DNA from: Macrostomum lignano
Lineage: Eukaryota
Reading direction: 5' to 3'
Assembly: GCA_002269645.1 (NCBI GenBank)
Contig: NIVC01002227.1
Span: 1,229 to 65,228 of the forward strand
DNA length: 64,000 bases
In this document: in pieces, positions 16,948 to 29,093 of the stretch
How the letters are laid out: every line of letters begins with the position of its first letter
How positions within the stretch are numbered: position 1 is the first letter of the stretch
Translations under genes and position numbers: made by a program
The notes under the pieces: generated by a model
The model's input: the letters and a program-made list of their open reading frames with translations, nothing else
The model's database searches: none
What the model was told of the DNA's origin: nothing

Positions 16948-18346
16948 CACAGACAGACACACAGACAGACAGACAGACAGACACACAGACACACAGACAG
17001 ACAGACAGACAGTTTTGTCACAAAGCTACACACCCGCAATGGCACTGACAGAGCCAGCACCAGCAGGGGGAGGCCGGAATGTGACAGTCTGGCTGTCCCG
17101 CTGGCAGCCGCAGCAGTCGGCTTTGACAATCTGCTGCAGCAGCTGGATGCCAGCGTTGTGCTGCGCCTTCAGGCCCGGCTTGTCCCGGCCAGCCCGAATG
17201 CGGCAGATCTGTACTGGCCGGCCGAGTAGCGAGGACAGGGCGATGGCGTTGCGCAGAATCTGACCTCCCTGTTTTAGAGATAAATTAAAAATATAAATAT
17301 AAACAAATCTAAGCTCTAAAATAAGTTAAAGCAACAGTCAAAATGAGCACCACATGATTACTCTAAGTCAGTAGTATTAGACGAGTTTCTGCTTTTTTAG
17401 CTATAAAAACAAGGTGTTATGATGGCACTACTAATTAGTGTTTTGGATCTTTTAAATTTCAAAGTTTTTAAGATTAAAAAATTCAAGTGTAAATTTTATG
17501 TTAAATTAATTGGACCAATTAAACTGAATTTAAATTAGGAAACTTTTTTAGACAGCATTTATAAATTCTATGATAATCAACTGATGAGTAAGACTGCATA
17601 TCATATACAGCTTTAATTCTCATACATTGTATATCCATTTGACTTAAAAATTATTTTAAACATAAAATTTCCTATATAAGTTTTAATACAAAAAATTATG
17701 ATTAAAATATCTTGAGTTAAAAAGAAAATATTGCCAAAAAGAAATTACTATTTTTTAGAAATCTAAGATTGATAATTACTTTCACCAAAAATATAGAAAT
17801 AAGAGAGGAATCAAATGAATTGTCCAAATTCTTTACAAAATTATGATATGGCTATCAGCAAAAAATGAAACTTTATAAACTTTTATACCATAGTTTTCAT
17901 AATAAAATTCTTGCATACTTTTTCAGTATACCAAATTTGCACATGTCTATTTAAGTCTTTTTTGAGTACTCACTACAGCAATGTTTACAACAATTAAATG
18001 CAATTATACTTGAAAGAAATCTGTAATATTATTTTAAGCTAAGCAATATTTAATACTAATCGTTTTACAGTTCAATGCAAAGTTGTAAACTGTACTATTG
18101 TAGAGCAGTATACATTATATGAAAGCAATGTACTTTGACTAGCATAAATGAATATGAAACAAAAAGTTATAAAAAAACTTCAAAATGAATTACTGATTAG
18201 GACGAGTCATTTGATTTAAACTACTTCTTTTTATATGCTTAAAATAAGCTAAGACAAAAATATTGACATAATTTTAACTCATAACCATAACTTACACCTT
18301 CAAGAACGCTCCCATCAATCTCCAGAAGTTCGGCACTATCAGCCAT
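13891..18346 (-). CDS. RTCA: RNA 3'-terminal phosphate cyclase (about 386 aa), coding exons 18296-18346, 17034-17268, 15910-16292, 14981-15253, 13891-14109
   Basis: 'EIDGSVLEG|GGQILR', '[10 protein letters not shown]', 'DIGTAGS', 'GGTNV', '[10 protein letters not shown]', catalytic 'VDVHTQ|[10 protein letters not shown]', 'TLHTRTA'. Exons sum to 1161 nt with matched phases. Confidence 0.96.
15465..15870. repeat. 36-39-bp repeat (CTGCATGATGGGATCTCTAATTA(T/G)GGATTAATCAC), RTCA intron 3
   Basis: Direct reading. Confidence 0.92.
16315..17011. repeat. (GACA)n microsatellite, RTCA intron 2
   Basis: Direct reading. Confidence 0.97.
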
Positions 18347-18367
18347 TTGAAATTATTGAGAGTTTAA

Positions 18368-18437
18368 CTATAAAAAACCTCTAAGTTAGTATTAAATATA
18401 ATGAGTAATTTTTATGCTGATTGACAGAAGCTCTTAC
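18368..18437 (-). other. Probable 70-nt 5' UTR intron of RTCA
   Basis: GTAAGA donor at 18437, ACTAAC branch point at 18390-18385, TTTTTTATAG acceptor ending 18368, 21 nt before the ATG. Confidence 0.55.
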
Positions 18438-20478
18438 AATTCGGAGGAATCGGAGTGATGCGTTTAAAAAAAGAAAAGAAGTTGCACAACTTTACGAAAT
18501 TTGTTGAATGTAGTAGTTGTAAATTGGCTCAGGCAAATGCTGATTCATAGAATTCATAGAATTTGAAATAATCATCGCTGAGCCTTTTACGATTCACCAG
18601 TAAAACAACAACTAAACAAAGTTTTTATCTTACAAATGATAAATTATTTAAAAAATAAGTTTTAAACACTTTCAACAATATTGTCTCGAAAACAACACTA
18701 TGCACAGTCCTGTTTCTTTCCGCTGACTCCTTATAAAACATCCCGGAGAACCGCATGCTTTGCAGGCACGCGTTTATACATCCTCACACAGGGTGCGTAT
18801 AGCGGGCTTGACTAATCGTCAAATTGTCAGCCATGTAACACACTGCGCCTTGAGGGTCAGCCTTCCCTTTCTCACACCCATGTACCCCTTGAAGGTGGTG
18901 ACACTAGGGCTAATCGCCAATCCGTGTTTACTGCCAGGGACTGACTACGCCTAAGCGAAGCGGGCCCAGGAGTCCCTGTTACTGCGCACGCATTCAAATC
19001 CAAGGGTTTTGTAGCGCTTGCAGGACAGACTCCAGTTTAGGACTCAGATATATCTGCCTCTCATTTTGTTAAAAATGTTACTACTTTTCTTAAGGGGCTA
19101 TAGTACTTGAATTTAACGTGTTTTCAAATAGGTGGCGCTGCGACCGTCCTGCAAACGAAAATTCAATGAGCCCAAACTAAATGCAAGTAGTCTTACACCT
19201 AAAGTGCTCAGCATATGTACTTTAGTGGCGTACGTAAGAATTCGAAGGGGCCACGATCCTAAGCACTGAGGGCGCCGGTATACAGTACCGGTATTTGGTG
19301 TCCTGGGACTCTGCCTGCAGAGCCAATACAATTCAGCTATACGAAGTAGACGACGACGAGTACTGCACCTACACCTGAATGTGTAGATGTACTGTAAGTC
19401 GAAAAATAAACAAATAACAAACAAAAAACACACCAGAAACCAATTGTTTAATCACAAAAACGGGAAACAACAAGGCTGGGGGCGAAGTACACACACTAAT
19501 TTACTTAGGTTTTTGTCTGTTGAATACCGGTATATATATTTATTTATTTCGCTACTTTTCCGGTGCAAACCAGCTAATTGATAAGTAAGAGGGCAATAAA
19601 AGAAAGTCCGAGATAGTGATATCTGCCGTAGAGTTAATTGTTGATCAATCAAGGAATTGAGGCTGAGGATGCGAGTGGGCGGGTATAGGCGACTCAAACA
19701 TGTTGGGCGTGCATTACTACTCGAACAAGAATGCCTAGCGAGTAGTAAAACAAAGCAGCGACTTGCTTATTATAATCTCACAATAGTTTAAACAACTTAA
19801 TAAGCAGCAGGACAAGGTCCGATGGTACAACAAAACATTGCGCATAAATCAAACAGCGGCGTCATATGCGAATGAACTACTCGCAGTAGTTTGTCAATAG
19901 TAGTGAACACATTTAAATAATTTTTTAACATAATTAATTTAGATTATCTTTTCAAAAAGCTATATTTGTTTTCTTAGAAATAGAGCCGCAATTTGAATTC
20001 GCGCTATGCTTTTGTTTGTCTGGATGTAGTTTTTTTTTTAATTTATCGATTAATAATGAGTGTGGAAAATACGTGTACATTGAGGGAAAGGGGGTTGGCG
20101 GTCGATCAAAAAAACCTTTGAGAGCAGAAGTCTGAATATTTATTAGAATTAAAAAAAGAATCAATCTCACGCCAAACAAAAGTACAAGAGCTCAGGTGCA
20201 AAGAGAAACACAAAACTTCTTAATAGAAATAGTACAATAACAAAGTCTAGTTCTAGAGTATTGACATTAAAGGGTTGGCTTAGTGTGTTCTCAACTGAAG
20301 TATCATTTTAACCTCAGTGGCGTAAAACTTCAAGTTTAAAACTCAAAAATCAAGAGTTTGCGCAGGTTTCTACTTAAGTAAACTTAAGCATTCATTTATT
20401 CTAGCAAAAATGTGCAGCAAAAAAGCCTGGTTCATAACGAAACTTCCTTTTCTTCAATAGTTTGCATAAGTCTCTCAT

Positions 20479-23400
20479 TTATTCCTTTTCGCCAACCTTG
20501 GCCTCGAGTGTGTCCTTCAGGAACTGCATTGGGTTGGGCGCCTGCTCCAGTAGGCCTGCGGGTTGAATGACGGGCGGATGAAACCAGGTGATGGGGGTGA
20601 ATGAACCCAGGTGATGGGGGTGAATGAACCCAGGTGATGGGGGTGAATGAACTCATGTGATGGGGTGAATGAACCCATATGATGGGGGTGAATGAACCCA
20701 TGTGATGGGGGTGAATGAACCGATGTGATGGGGATGAATGAACCCATGTGATGGGGGTGAATGAACCCAGGTGATGGTGCTGGATGGGCCAGGTGATGGT
20801 GCTGGATGAGCCCAGGTGATGGTGGTGGATGAGCCCAGGTGATGGTGCTGGATGAGCCCAGGTGATGGTGCTGGATGAGCCCAGGTGATGGTGGTGGATG
20901 AGCCCAGGTGATGGTGGTGGATGAGCCCAGGTGATGGTGGTGGATGAGCCCAGGTGATGGTGGTGGATGAGCGCAGGTGATGGGGGCGCGTGAATTCAGC
21001 TGGAGGGGCGGATGAATCCAGCTATGGGGGCGGATGAATGCAGCTGAGGGGGCGGGTGAATCCAGCTATGGGGGCGGATGAATCCAGCTATGGGGGGCGG
21101 ATGAATGCAGCTGAGGGGGCGGATGAATCCAGCTATGGGGGCGGATGAATGCAGCTGAGGGGGGTTGAATCCAGCTATGGGGGGCGGATGAATGCAGCTG
21201 AGGGGGCGGGTGAATCCAGCTATGGGGGGCGGATGAATGCAGCTGAGGGGGCGGATGAATCTAGCTATGGGGGGCGGATGAATGCAGCTGAGGGGGGCGG
21301 GTGAATCCGGCTATGGGGGCGGATGAATGCAGCTGAGGGGGGCGGGTGAATCCGGCTATGGGGGCGGATGAATCTAGCAAAGGGGGCGGGTAAATGCAGG
21401 TGCGGGCGCGTACGAACCCAGGACGCAACTGATAGGCAACTTACCGGCGCAATCAAAGAACTCATCGATAGACTCGCACGGCAGCAAGTCGTCCTCGAAG
21501 ACGCGCAGAACCCGATTGCAGCAGTCGATGACCTGGGCATCGTTGTGCCTCAGATAGTCAGTGAGACATTTTGCCCAGCTCTCCGAGCCCGACTGTTTGG
21601 CGTTGACAAACAGAATCCTATAGTAGCTGTCAATCAAGCCGAAGAACATCAGCGCCGGTTTGTAAACAGTTCGATAGTCCTCCGGCGAGCCGGTTCGAGG
21701 TTCGGTTGAAGCCAAGGCGGCCGAGCCAACAGGCGTGGTGGCAGCGGCGTGAGCGTGGTACAGCAGTCGGCGAAGATGACGCAACCGGTTGGCTGCCCAC
21801 TGCCGAGGTCCGTGCAAGAAGAAGCTCATAGCGCATCGATAGTAGGGCCCGTCCAGGGTCCAGCTGGCCTCGAGCCAGGACTTGGCCGGCGCTTCAAGGT
21901 ACTGACGTTGCAACGGTTCTTCTTTGGCTTCGCCGTCCTTGGCGCTGAACAGGTGCAGGCCCAGGTGCAACAGGTACGGCAATAGTTGGGCATTGCTCTG
22001 CCGGCCGCCGCCAAGGGTCTCGTCTGAGAATGAGCGCTCGCGAGCGAAGCGGAGTAGCAACAGTTTGAGGTCGTGCGCGTACAAGTGATAGTTGATGTCG
22101 CGCAGCTGGGTGGCCTCCTGGGGTGGGAGCGAGATGGTGTGATGAGCGAGATTATGACTGATGATGAAGAGACTGTGACTGATGATGATGCAGAGTGAGA
22201 CTGTGACTGATGATGATGCAGAGTGAGACTGTGACTGATGATGATGCAGAGTGAGACTGTGACTGATGATGATGCAGAGTGAGACTGTGACTGATGATGA
22301 TGCAGAGTGAGACTGTGACTGATGATGACGCAGAGTGAAACTGTGACTGATGATGATGCAGAGTGAGACTGTGACTGATGATGAACACTGAGACTGTGAC
22401 TGATGATGAAGAGTGAGACTGAGACCGATTTTTTTTATTAGAGGCAGGGGGGTTGTGTGCACCCTGGCGCACTTTAAGCGACATAGGCACACAACCGGCG
22501 AGAGGCATTACTGCCCATTCCGCCGACTCCCCTGAGCAGCACACAAGCGCGCGGATACGCTAACTTTGAGATTTGACTTTAACTTTGTGAGATACCACTC
22601 ACACTGGAGTGTACAGCGGCCCTAACTTTATTTTTAAGCGGCCCTAACTTTATTTTTAAGCGGCCCTAACTTTATTTTTAAGCGGCCCTGACTGTGACTG
22701 ATGATGATGAGTGAGACTGTGACCGATGATGATGAATCAGACTGTGAGTGATGATAGTTAAATTCTCAGATGCAATAGAAAAGTCACAAGGTCGCCTCTT
22801 CCGCAACTCAAGAAAAGCTGGCGCACCTGGAGACAAGAGTGGTGCCGGCTGAGACAGCTGGCAAAGCCCAGAGCCTGCACAGCCGGCCCGTACAGCGGCA
22901 GCAGGCCGTTGCAGCGAACGTTGCCATTGTGCAAGAACGCGCTGTCCCATTCGCCGCGCTCCCGACTGTGTTTGACGGCGCTGACGTGGCACTCGATGTG
23001 AATAACAGTGAAAGCTGTCACGGTGCTAATGCCCTGGGTCTTGCGGGGCCTGGCTTCCAGCTCTTCCAGCTCTGTGCGCCTGCGGGTGATTGAGTAGTGG
23101 GTTGGGAGATTTAAGTTGAAATCCCTGCCTGTCTGTGCGTGTCTGTCTGTGTGTGTGTGTGTGTGTGTCTCTGTGTGTGTCTGTCTTAGTGTCTGTCTGT
23201 CTGAGTGTGTCTGTCTTAGTGTCTGTCTGTGTGTGTGTCTGACATAGTGTCTGTCTGTGTGTGTGTCTGTCTTAGTGTCTGTCTGTCTGAGTGTGTCTGT
23301 CTTAGTGTCTGTCTGTGTGTGTGTCTGTCTTAGTGTCTGTCTGTGTGTGTGTCTGTCTGAGTGTGTCTGTCTTAGTGTCTGTCTTAGTGTCTGTCCGCCT

Positions 23401-26400
23401 GAGTGTGTCTGTCTTAGTGTCTGTCTGTCTGTCTGTGTGTGTCTGTCTTAGTGTCTGTCTGTCTGGTATGTCTGTCTTAGTGTCTGTCTGTCTGTCTGTG
23501 TGTGTCTGTCTTAGTGTCTGTCTGTGTGTGTCTGTCTTAGTGTCTGTCTGTGTGTGTCTGTCTTAGTGTCTGTCTGTCTGAGTGTGTCTGTCTTAGTGTC
23601 TGTCTGTCTGAGTGTGTCTGTCTTAGTGTCTGTCTTAGTGTCTGTCTGTCTGAGTGTGTCTGTCTTAGTGTCTGTCTGTCTGAGTGTGTCTGTCTTAGTG
23701 TCTGTCTTAGTGTCTGTCTGTGTGTGTGTCTGTCTTAGTGTCTGTCTTAGTGTCTGTCCGCCTGAGTGTGTCTCCCGACCGGAAATAATTGTTCTTTAAA
23801 TGCGTCAAATAGCACATAAAAAATGAATTGGGGGGAATCCCAAAATAACTGTCGAAACGACACGAAATTTGTGAGAATCGACAATTGGTGGCACAGCTTG
23901 GCACAAATATAACTGTGCCAAGCTGTGCCAATTGGCACATGTGACACAATTAAGAATCAAATTTTTAATTGTGCACTGCTGTGCCACAACTGTGCCACAA
24001 CTGTGCCAGTTGTCTCAGCTATTTTTGAGTGCTTATAATTGTGCACAACTGTGCCATAAATGTACCATTTGGCACCATACGAGTAAATGTGCAGCTAGAA
24101 GCAGTTAAACTAGCGCGTACTGTGCCATTTGGCGTAAATTCTCCAGACGAGTGAATTTGCAGTTTAAAGCAGTTGAACTAAGCACATAATATGCTATCTG
24201 ATGCTGTTATAGTTGACCCGTTAGTCAACTACGAGTTATGAAGTGTATGAAGTAGCTAAGATTTGCGAGAGGTCCTTCTCATGTTTAAATGAGGGAAGAC
24301 AAATTGAAAAGAGTTGTCAATGTAAATTAAACTTTAAAATAATGTTGAGCGCGAACATAAACAGATTAAAACAGTTGGAAAAAGGGATGTTGCATAAATA
24401 CGTATATATTTAATGGGAAGTAGCAAATAGGACAAAAAACATGTATAAAACAGGAAAAAGGGGAGGCTGCGGAATTAAAAAATGCATACTAGAAGTTAAC
24501 GGAAAGAAACATAACCGACAGCGGACATTGGACAGGAAACAAAAAACAACGTAATTAAAAAGCGCGGTGCATGAAAATTGTGGTGCCAGCCAAAGAGTTT
24601 ACACTTCTAATACATTTGAAACTAAAACATGCAATGTAACAAATTAACTACTGAGTCGACTACACGTGGCACAGGATTTTAATGTAACAACATGTATACA
24701 TCTAATGTATTAATTTAAAAAGCACAAACAAACAACTAGATAAAAAACAAGCAATTAGTGAAACCAACTCCAATACCTCTGTTCCCCTATACTTTTCTAG
24801 TTAGACAACAAGTCTGATTCCTGGTGCTATTGTAATTTACGAGTCTGGAACTAACTATAGTAATGTAGTTGGTTACTTTATGTGGGAAAGAGCATATTTC
24901 CAGGGGAAAACAAAACCAGAAACATGAGGGAGACAGACCAAGCTAGACGGGTCCCGCATCTGCCAAACAAGTTTAGTTTTGCTAGATGCAACAGCAGATA
25001 TCCCGCGCTCAGTCCTCGCGAGTGCATTAGCCGCCTCCGACTGCACAGTGTCAGTGACATTGGCAGCCGCACCTTGACGAAGTTTCTTTACAGGCAAACG
25101 TCCGGATTGCTTTTCACGCCGACTGACGGTGATGGAGCATCGGACGTAGGCCTTTTCAATCGCTTTCATTGGTTGGGATGTCGATTCCAGCCAGGTAGCA
25201 GGCGTGGCCGACCAGGCTCAGTAGCGCGACCGCTCAACGACGTTACCAAAATCTCGTCGTCGCTGAAGCACCCCGCACCATCTCGCGGAGAAGTGCATTG
25301 AGGTTGGCCGGAGTCGTTGGTTCTTGATATATCCTTACTGGCCATGACCCTGGTCTGAGCGACGTTGGACGTAAAGGCGAAACCGATTGGCTGCAGAGGT
25401 GTTTTTTAAGGATTGAAGAGCGTTTGAGAGTAACAATAGGATATTTGCGCGATCATAAATGAAGGACTATTAATTTCTTACCGTAGTATAATTTCTTTCC
25501 ATTGTCGTCGACCAGCATGTTGTCAACTGTGACGGCTGGGTCCACGAGCTGATCTAGATGGACGGCGAGATGCTGCGTGATCTGCTGCTTTAGTTCTTTT
25601 GTAATGGCGTCAATCAAACGCGGTTGCGCCATTTTCGAGCGTCTGAGCAGATCATGCCGCAAGTTGGGAGTGAAAACCTGCCGGTCATCTGCCAAAATCG
25701 AAGCTACTGACGTCGCAGCCTCAGTGCAAGTTGCACCGGGTGTGCGTCAAACAGTTTTGTTAGGTAATTAGTAATAAAAAAGGTTATTTGAGCCAAGTGT
25801 GCCAAGAAGGACAAAGATATATAACTGTGCCAAATGTCATAGCTGTGGCACAACTGGTACAATTGTAGCAAGTGTGCCAAGTGTGCCAGTCTGTTTTAAT
25901 AACCAATTAGCTATAAAAAGGATATTCGTGCCAAGTGTGCCAAGAAGGACAGTCCAAGACAGTTATATAACTGTGTCAAATAGTATAGCTGTGGCACAAC
26001 TGGTACACTTGTAGTGAGTGCGCCAAGTGTGCCAAATGGTTTCCAAGGGGAATTAGCTATAAAAAGGTTATTTGTGCCAGGTGTGCCAAATAGGACATAC
26101 AAAGACATTTATAACTGTGCTAAATGGTATAGCTGTGGCACAACTGGCACAATTGTAGCAAGTGTGCCAAGTGTGCCAATTGGTTTCATTGGCCAATTAG
26201 CAGTAAAAATACTATTTGTGTCAAGTGTGCCAAATAGGACATACATCGACATTTACAAACTGTGCCAAATGGCATAGCTACGGCACAATTGGTACAATTG
26301 TATCAAGTGTGCCAAATATGACATACAAAGACATTTATAACTCTGTCAAAGGGCATATTTGTGGCACAACTGGCACACTTACTGTTTTTGAAAGGACAAA

Positions 26401-27656
26401 TATTTTCGGTCGGGCTGTCTTAGTGTCTGTCTGTCTGTCTGTCTGTCTGTGTGTGTCTGTCTTAGTGTCTGTCTGTCTGGTATGTCTGTCTTAGTGTCTG
26501 TCTGTCTGTCTGTGTGTGTCTGTCTTAGTGTCTGTCTTAGTGTCTGTCTGTGTGTGTGTCTGTCTTAGTGTCTGTCTTAGTGTCTGTCCGCCTGAGTGTG
26601 TCTGTCTTAGCGTCTGTCTGTCTGTCTGTCTGTGTGTGTCTGTCTTAGTGTCTGTCTGTGTGTGGCTGTCTTAGTGTCTGTCTGTGTGTGTCTGTCTTAG
26701 TGTCTGTCTGTCTGAGTGTGTCTGTCTTAGTGTCTGTCCGTCTGTGTGCGTGTCTGTCTGTCTGGTGTGTCTGTCTTAGTGTCTGTCTGTCTGTCTGTCT
26801 GTGTGTCTGTCTGTCTGTGTGTGTGTGTGTGTCTGTCTGTCTGTGTGTGTGTCTGTCTTAGTGTCTGTCTGTGTGTGTCTGTCTTAGTGTCTGTCTGTGT
26901 GTGTGTGTCTGTCTTAGTGTCTGTCTGTCTGAGTGTGTCTGTCTTAGTGTCTGTCTGTCTGAGTGTGTCTGTCTTAGTGTCTGTCCGTCTGTCTTAGTGT
27001 CTGTCTGTCTGTCTGTCTGTCTGTGTGTCTGTCTGTCTGTCTGTGTGTGTGTGTCTGTCTGTCTGTCTGTGTGTGTCTGTCTTAGTGTCTGTCTGTGTGT
27101 GTCTGTCTGAGTGTGTATGTTTTAGTGTCTGTCTGTGTGTGTCTGTCTTAGTGTCTGTCTGTCTGAGTGTGTCTGTCTTAGTGTCTGTCTGTGTGTGTCT
27201 GTCTTAGTGTCTGTCTGTCTGAGTGTGTCTGTCTTAGTGTCTGTCCGTCTGTGTGTCTGTCTTAGTGTCTGTCTGTCTGTCTGTGTGTCTGTCTGTCTGT
27301 CTGTCTGTGTGTGTGTGTCTGTCTGTCTGTGTGTGTGTCTGTCTTAGTGTCTGTCTGTGTGTGTCTGTCTTAGTGTCTGTCTGTCTGAGTGTGTCTGTCT
27401 TAGTGTCTGTCTGTGTGTGCGTCTGTCTTAGTGTCTGTCTGTGTGTGTGTGTCTGTCTTAGTGTCTGTCTGTCTGTCTGTGTGTCTGTCTGTCTGGTGTG
27501 TCTGTCTTAGTGTCTGTCTGTCTGTCTGTGTGTGTGTGTCTGTCTGTCTGTCTGGTGTGTCTGTCTTAGTGTCTGTCTGTCTGTGTGTGTGTGTCTGTCT
27601 GTCTGTCTGTCTGTCTGGTGTGTCTGTCTTAGTATCTGTCTGTCTGTGTGTCTGTG

Positions 27657-27699
<43 letters not shown>

Positions 27700-28459
27700 G
27701 TGTCTGTCTGTCTGTCTGTCTGTCTGTCTGCAAAACCACAACGCCATATCCCCCAAGCCACCAGCAGTCCCATCAGCAACTCACCTGCTGAAAGTGTAGA
27801 TTCCAAGCACCTTGACCGGCTGATGCCGGTAGCCCTCGCGGCAGATGCAGCAGACCAGACCAGACTCCTCTTTGACATCCTCAGCCAGGGTGCCAACAGC
27901 GCTAAGCGAGGCCCTCACCTGGCCCTTGCTATTAGTTGACATCTTCAAATTCTGCAAGGCCTTCTGCCTCTGCGCCATGGCCAGACGCTTCTTCTCCTCG
28001 CGAGTTCGCTGCCGGGTGGCCTCGATTTTGGCCGAGGCGTCCCGCGAGGCCGAGCGAAGCGTGTCGAGCAGCGACTCGGCCAGCGGGCCCAACTGCTCGG
28101 TGCTGCTCACCTGCAGAGCGCAGGTGGGGTGGGTCGAAATACTGGTAAAGTACTGCAGTTGGTTAACTTAATTAACCATACTTAGGATTGTTTCTACAGC
28201 TACAATTACCATTACTACTGCTGAAAATACTACTTTTACTACTTATGCTACAAGTACGATAACGACTTATATCACGACTACTAGCTACAACTACTAGTAG
28301 TAAAACATCTACTACTACTACTAACACCACCACTACTACTACTGCTACTAATACTACTGCTGCTGCTGCTGCTACTACTACTACTAATACTACTACTGCT
28401 ACTACTACTACTGCTACTACTACTACTACCACTACTACTACCACTACTACTACTACCAC

Positions 28460-28508
<49 letters not shown>

Positions 28509-28656
28509 GCTAATACTACTACTACCACTACTACTACTACTACTGCTACTACTACTGCTGCTGCTGCTGCTACTACTACTACTAATACTACTACTGCTGC
28601 TGCTGCTACTACTACTACTAATACTACTACTGCTACTACTACTGCTACTACTACTA

Positions 28657-28687
<31 letters not shown>

Positions 28688-28695
28688 CACTACTA

Positions 28696-28754
<59 letters not shown>

Positions 28755-28833
28755 GCAACTACTATTACTACCACTACTACTACCACTACTACTACTACCA
28801 CTACTACTACTACCACTACTACTACCACTACTA

Positions 28834-28895
<62 letters not shown>

Positions 28896-28908
28896 GCAAC
28901 TACTATTA

Positions 28909-28967
<59 letters not shown>

Positions 28968-29061
28968 GCAACTACTATTACTACCACTACTACTACTACT
29001 ACTACTACTGCAACTACTATTACTACCACTACTACTACCACTACTACTACTACCACTACTA

Positions 29062-29093
<32 letters not shown>

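Noticed and set aside
18347-18437. SL trans-splice acceptor or operon linkage of RTCA downstream of UBR4
   Set aside because: A good cis donor (GTAAGA, 18437) lies 70 nt upstream, so an ordinary 5' UTR intron explains the acceptor; the genes are about 2 kb apart.
19310-19380. Possible small + strand exon ('ANTIQLYEVDDDEYCTYT')
   Set aside because: An acceptor-like site is present, but no coherent upstream exon or recognisable homology.
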